Positions 59,509 through 64,000 of a stretch of 64,000 bases of DNA are shown piece after piece. The stretch comes from Myxococcota bacterium (lineage in GTDB: Bacteria; Myxococcota_A; UBA796; SXON01): positions 1 through 64,000 of the forward strand of contig JAZKFH010000010.1 in NCBI GenBank assembly GCA_040386535.1, read 5' to 3'. A program made the translations under genes and the position numbers. The notes beneath the pieces were generated by a model. That model was not told the origin of the DNA and searched no databases. It saw only the letters and a program-made list of their open reading frames with translations. How positions within the stretch are numbered: position 1 is the first letter of the stretch; each line of letters begins with the position of its first letter.

Positions 59509-61490
59509 CGCTCCGCGAGCAGCTCGTCGAACAATCCCACCCACTGATCGGCGATGCGATCCCACGACAACGCGGGGTCGGTCGCGCGTGCGTACGCCTG
59601 GCGACCGCGCTCAGCCCGCAGCACCGGGTCGCGGTACAGCCGCTCCAACGCGTCGGCCACGGCCACCTCGGTGACGAACCAGCCGTCCAGGAGGATGCGC
59701 TCGGTGGTGAGCGAGAACGCGGGCTCCATCATCTCCGCGTGCCCCTCCCACAGCTCCGCGCAGCTCGTGTGGCGGGGCACGATCTGGGGCGCCCCGGTCG
59801 CCGCGCTCTCGAAGCTCACGAGCCCCCACCCTTCGCCGATGGTGGTGGTGATGCCGACGTCGCCGACGTTGTAGATGAGGTTGAGCTTGTCCTCCGGCTC
59901 CGAGGGGAGCTGCGGCGCCGTGGAGGTGAGGATCAGGCGGTCCTCGATCCCGAGGCGGCGGGCCATCGCCAGGAGGTTCCACCCCGCGTCCTCGACCCCC
60001 ATGTGCAGGTAGAGCTTGACGTTGTTCGGCTTCCCCTGGGCGAAACGCGCGAATCCCTTCATCGTGATGTCGATACGTTTGCGCGGCTGGTTTCGATTCC
60101 CGTTGAAGACGATGAACGAGTCCTGGAAATCAGGCGTGTCGGGGAGCAGGGCCTTCTTGGCGAGGCGGCGGTCGGCGAGATCGGGCCCGAGCGGGTGGAA
60201 CACCTTGGTGTCGATGCCGTGGGGGATGATCCCGATGTCACGCGCGCCGAGCGAAACATCGTCCACCCCCGCCTGCCGGAACGCCTCGCCCAGCGCGGAC
60301 GCGCCGAATTGGTTGTAGGCGACGATGCGGTCGAGGTGGCGCAGGCCGAGCGCCACGGACGGGTCGAGGGGAGTCCCCTCCACGGGCAGGTAGCCGACCG
60401 TGCGGATCCGGCGCCGGTACCGGGCGAGGGCCCCCGCGTAGCGGGTCAGGATCCACGGATCACACACGACGAACACGAGGGCCGGATCGAGCCTCTCGAC
60501 GAGCTCGGGGACACGGTCGACGCCATAGGGATCTCCGCCCGTCATCGCCGGGTAGATCGGCCAGCGGGCGCGGTGCGGATCGCCGCGGTGGTTGATGCCG
60601 AGGTGGTGCAGATCGTAGCGCGCGGGCATCCGTTCGAGGATGCTGTGGACGACGCGGCCGAAGCCCGTGGGGGCGTTGCCGTCGCCGATGACGAGGATCC
60701 GGGTTGTCGGGGATCGACCGATCGAGGGAGAACCAAACGAGGGCGCCGCGATTGGATGCGGCAGGATCGGAGGTGCCACGTTCGGAGGTGCCACGATTCG
60801 CAGCGGAGGTGACACCTCTGCCCGGAGCCCCTCGATCCGGGCCTCCAAGGCCTGGTACGCCGCGGTGCGCCGGCGCGCGAGCGTGCGTGCGCGCACCTCG
60901 ACGAACGCGGCGTCGATGTAGTGGGCCCGCACTGCGCCCTCGTAGAGGTGGGACAACGCGCCCTCCAGCGCGGCCTCGTCCGCGACGAGGTCGTCGTACG
61001 CGACCTCGACCGCGGGGATGCTGTCCAGGGCGCGCTCCGCCTGGAGCAGCCCCCGCAGGACATCGTCCGGGTCGGTCCCGTCCGCGCCCACGGCGTGCGC
61101 GGGGTATCGCCACCCCCGTTCCAGCACGGAGGCGGCGATATCCGCCAGGGGGCGGCGGATCCGGAGCACACGCAGCGCCGAGATCCCCCGCCACCGGGCG
61201 CACACGAAGGGCTGCACCACGTCCTTGTAGGCGAACCCCTCCCGGGCGACCACCTGGTCGAGGTACGCCAGCACCTCGTCCCCCCGGTTTGGATCCCGGC
61301 CAGGGACGAGGAACTTCCCTCCCCCTTCGTCCCGGCCCCCGCTCCGCAAGGCGTGGCGATCGAGGTTCAGGATCTCCCCGTCCGTGGTCCACGTGGGCTC
61401 CGCGAGCCCGAGCGCGCCGCGCGCCGCGTGGTACACGACGCTCGAGAGCGATCGCGGGAGGGAGAGGACGAACAGGGAGGGAAGGTGCAT
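59496..61490 (-). CDS. Sulfotransferase-like domain fused to GT4 glycosyltransferase
   Basis: FVLSLPRSLSS, R.P.D...S, V.YDDLV; C-terminal NRNQPRK, EGWGL..FE.AA.G.PQ. Confidence 0.8.
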   Translation of the reverse strand: MHLPSLFVLSLPRSLSSVVYHAARGALGLAEPTWTTDGEILNLDRHALRSGGRDEGGGKFLVPGRDPNRGDEVLAYLDQVVAREGFAYKDVVQPFVCARWRGISALRVLRIRRPLADIAASVLERGWRYPAHAVGADGTDPDDVLRGLLQAERALDSIPAVEVAYDDLVADEAALEGALSHLYEGAVRAHYIDAAFVEVRARTLARRRTAAYQALEARIEGLRAEVSPPLRIVAPPNVAPPILPHPIAAPSFGSPSIGRSPTTRILVIGDGNAPTGFGRVVHSILERMPARYDLHHLGINHRGDPHRARWPIYPAMTGGDPYGVDRVPELVERLDPALVFVVCDPWILTRYAGALARYRRRIRTVGYLPVEGTPLDPSVALGLRHLDRIVAYNQFGASALGEAFRQAGVDDVSLGARDIGIIPHGIDTKVFHPLGPDLADRRLAKKALLPDTPDFQDSFIVFNGNRNQPRKRIDITMKGFARFAQGKPNNVKLYLHMGVEDAGWNLLAMARRLGIEDRLILTSTAPQLPSEPEDKLNLIYNVGDVGITTTIGEGWGLVSFESAATGAPQIVPRHTSCAELWEGHAEMMEPAFSLTTERILLDGWFVTEVAVADALERLYRDPVLRAERGRQAYARATDPALSWDRIADQWVGLFDELLAERQAR

Positions 61491-61503
61491 CAGGATCTTC
61501 TCT

Positions 61504-61833
61504 TCAGTCCGAGGAGTTGGTGGTGGGGCCCGGCATCGCCAGCTCCGTCGCCACCGTGACCAGGGCCCCGGGGAAGACGTTGTACAGCACGATCGCCCGG
61601 ACGCCCGACGATTGGTAGCCGGACGGGTACCCCGACATCACGGTCACGTACCCCACCTGGACGGGGCCCGCGCCGCTCACGGTCATGTCCGCGCTGGCCC
61701 CGGGCCCGAGCTGGCGGTTCGCCATGCGCCCATGCATCACGCCGCCCGGTGCGTAGGAGTGCACGTAGTTGTCCAAGCCGACCCAGACGGTCCCGCCGGT
61801 GCGGTTGATGACTGTAACTTTTCCGGTGCTCAT
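61504..61833 (-). CDS. Small hypothetical beta-rich protein
   Basis: RBS-like GGAGGCAGGAA before ATG; fits between co-oriented genes. Confidence 0.6.
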   Translation of the reverse strand: MSTGKVTVINRTGGTVWVGLDNYVHSYAPGGVMHGRMANRQLGPGASADMTVSGAGPVQVGYVTVMSGYPSGYQSSGVRAIVLYNVFPGALVTVATELAMPGPTTNSSD

Positions 61834-61867
61834 TTCCTGCCTCCTTGTGTCGTTGGTTCTCGTTCGG

Positions 61868-64000
61868 TCAGATCACGTGGTTGAGATTCTTGTTGTTCGC
61901 GTTGACGCCCGCGCGGATGACGCCGATCGCCGCGGCGCCGCCCGCGCCCACCACCGACGCGAGCGCGTAGGCCGGCTTGCCGTACGGATCGAAGAGGTTC
62001 CAGGAGAACATCATGCCGAGCGTGGGAAGGGTGCCCAGCGCGTTCTGGGCGAACTTGGCAGCCACGTCCAGCCAACGCTCCTCGGTGCTGGCGCCCGGGA
62101 GGTAGTCCGCGGAGGCCCCCTCGTAGAAACCCTCGATCACGTACGCCACCAGCAGGATCACGCCACCGACGGTGCCGACCCCGCCCGTCACCTTGTCCAC
62201 CGCCGAGGTAGCGGCCTTGCCACCCAGAAGCGGCGTGGTCTCCGGCGTAGACTTGGCGAACAGGCCCACGCCCGCGGGGAGCGCCTGGCAGATCGCCCAG
62301 AGGACGAGCGCGATCGCCCAGCAAGCGAGCGCCGCGGCATCGAACCCGGTCTCGGGCCAACCCTGCCAGAGCGGGCAGGAGAACGCCAGCACGACGAGCG
62401 CGACGATCGCGGGGATACACTTGACCCACTTGTTCTTGAACGCGTCAATGGCGTACAGCCACGTGAACCCGGCGAAGAAGAGCTGGGCGATTCCGTACAG
62501 GAACCCCATCACGTACGAGATCTGCTCCAACGTGGAGGACGTCTCGTCGAAGCCCACCTCGCGCAGGCGCGACCGGGTCGCCTCGTCCACCGGGGCGCGT
62601 CCGAACCATTGCGCGGGGGTCAGCACCATCGCCATTGCGCGGACGTTCCGTGACAGGAGCGTGAGGCCGGAGAGGTCGATGCCGGCGACGCGGGCGGCGA
62701 TGGTGAGGGGGAGCGCGAGCGCGAGCGAGGTGACGTCGAGGAGCGTCATCTCCTTGCCGACGAGGCGCTTGTAGAGCTTCGACACCACCGGGATGTGCCA
62801 GGGGGTGGTGGCGACGGCCGAGAGGGAGTCCACCAGGAAGATCAGGAAGTCGAACGCGAGGTCGACCACCGCTTTGACGGAGAGGACCACGCCCTCGGCC
62901 GCCATCTTGGCGAACGCGGTGAGGATCTGGTTGGGGGTGACCTCGCCCGCGCTCCGGCTCGACGCCAGGATCGCGCTGCACTCCGCGACGAGCGTGTCGA
63001 ACGTGCTGCCGAGGTCACGCAGCGCGGTTTGGATGAACGTACCAATCGGATCGGAGTCCGTCGGAGGTGCGTTGACGTTCGGCGCAGCCGTGGGCGCCCC
63101 GCCGCCGGCATTGAGCACCTGGTTCTGCATCCAATTGGACGAGGGCCCCGGCGCCTTGCCGGCCTGGGACATCGTCGCGGCCTGGGTAGCGCCGACGCTC
63201 TGGTTCCCACCCTCCCCGAGATCGGGGATCGCGCTTGCCACGTTGTCCAGGAAACCGTCCACCACGTCCTTGACCTGGGTGACCATCCCCGGCAGCAGGG
63301 TCGTCATGAAGTTGGAGAGGAAGCCGGAGATCGTGTCGTGGGTGCTGAGGACGGCCGACCAGTCGAACGGCGAACCGAGCCAGCCGAGGAGCTTGTCCAT
63401 CCCCACGGCGATCGCGTCGAACACGCCCTGAACCAGGTCGAACACCTCCTTGATGGTGCCGACCACGAAGTTCGCGAAGTCCTGGAGGATGCCCTTCACC
63501 ATCGTCTGGATCTGGGACTCGATGCGGCGGACGATCTCTCCGGTCTCCGTCACCACCGTGGAGTAGACGGACACCACGACGTGCTGCACCTCCGCCGCGC
63601 CGCGCTTGACCGCGTTCCACATCGAGCCCCACGTGGGCTTGGATCCCGTCGACCGCGTCGCGCGCGCGCCGCCGCTGACAGCGTACTTCGCCGCCACCGC
63701 GTCACACTCCGCCCGGTCGCGGAGTCGGTGGTACCGAACGCCACCTTCCACGAACTCGAGGTGCCAGAATTGGTCGGGTACGCGGTTCACGTCGATCCGC
63801 CCGCCGTGCTGGCCCCTCCCCATCACCTGCACGCCGCTCGTGTCCCCCCGCTTGGACACCAGCTTCGCCGTGGCCTGGGCGTCGCCCTGCTCGGGCATGG
63901 CGAGCGACATGCTGCTCCAGACGGCCTGGGAGACATCCGGCACGTACGCGCCGTACAGGCCCATGTCGATGAGCGGCTGCGTCGCCCCGTTGGCGTCGAC
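61868..64000 (-). CDS. Large hypothetical protein (5' end beyond window) with helical and multi-TM C-terminus
   Basis: Frame open to the window edge; amphipathic helices then several hydrophobic segments. Confidence 0.7.
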   Translation of the reverse strand, partial: VDANGATQPLIDMGLYGAYVPDVSQAVWSSMSLAMPEQGDAQATAKLVSKRGDTSGVQVMGRGQHGGRIDVNRVPDQFWHLEFVEGGVRYHRLRDRAECDAVAAKYAVSGGARATRSTGSKPTWGSMWNAVKRGAAEVQHVVVSVYSTVVTETGEIVRRIESQIQTMVKGILQDFANFVVGTIKEVFDLVQGVFDAIAVGMDKLLGWLGSPFDWSAVLSTHDTISGFLSNFMTTLLPGMVTQVKDVVDGFLDNVASAIPDLGEGGNQSVGATQAATMSQAGKAPGPSSNWMQNQVLNAGGGAPTAAPNVNAPPTDSDPIGTFIQTALRDLGSTFDTLVAECSAILASSRSAGEVTPNQILTAFAKMAAEGVVLSVKAVVDLAFDFLIFLVDSLSAVATTPWHIPVVSKLYKRLVGKEMTLLDVTSLALALPLTIAARVAGIDLSGLTLLSRNVRAMAMVLTPAQWFGRAPVDEATRSRLREVGFDETSSTLEQISYVMGFLYGIAQLFFAGFTWLYAIDAFKNKWVKCIPAIVALVVLAFSCPLWQGWPETGFDAAALACWAIALVLWAICQALPAGVGLFAKSTPETTPLLGGKAATSAVDKVTGGVGTVGGVILLVAYVIEGFYEGASADYLPGASTEERWLDVAAKFAQNALGTLPTLGMMFSWNLFDPYGKPAYALASVVGAGGAAAIGVIRAGVNANNKNLNHVI

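Overview
Very GC-rich bacterial DNA, most likely Myxococcota (inferred from two MYXO-CTERM-like C-terminal tails and several Asp-Thr-repeat lipoproteins). About 55 protein-coding genes; I could not support any rRNA, tRNA, CRISPR array or mobile element. The standout is an ~11.5 kb, translationally coupled operon (35974-47433) of eight c-type cytochromes (66 heme-binding motifs by my count). It also encodes a probable outer-membrane beta-barrel and a 54-aa membrane peptide. The cytochromes include a NapC/NirT-like membrane protein, an NHL-propeller/15-heme fusion and an OmcA/MtrC-like decaheme with a collagen-like stalk, which together look like a complete quinol-to-surface electron conduit of unusual composition. 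Other notable items: an isochorismatase-kinase-phosphatase triple fusion with a rewired catalytic site next to a Pit/DUF47/PhoR locus; a heme c-fused PHM/DBH-like copper monooxygenase; a nucleotidyltransferase/metallophosphoesterase pair; two YkgJ/FliB-like proteins; a GAFAGA-variant sigma54 activator; and a sulfotransferase-like/GT4 fusion at the end of an unknown operon that runs off the window. All family assignments come from motifs read by eye, not from database searches.
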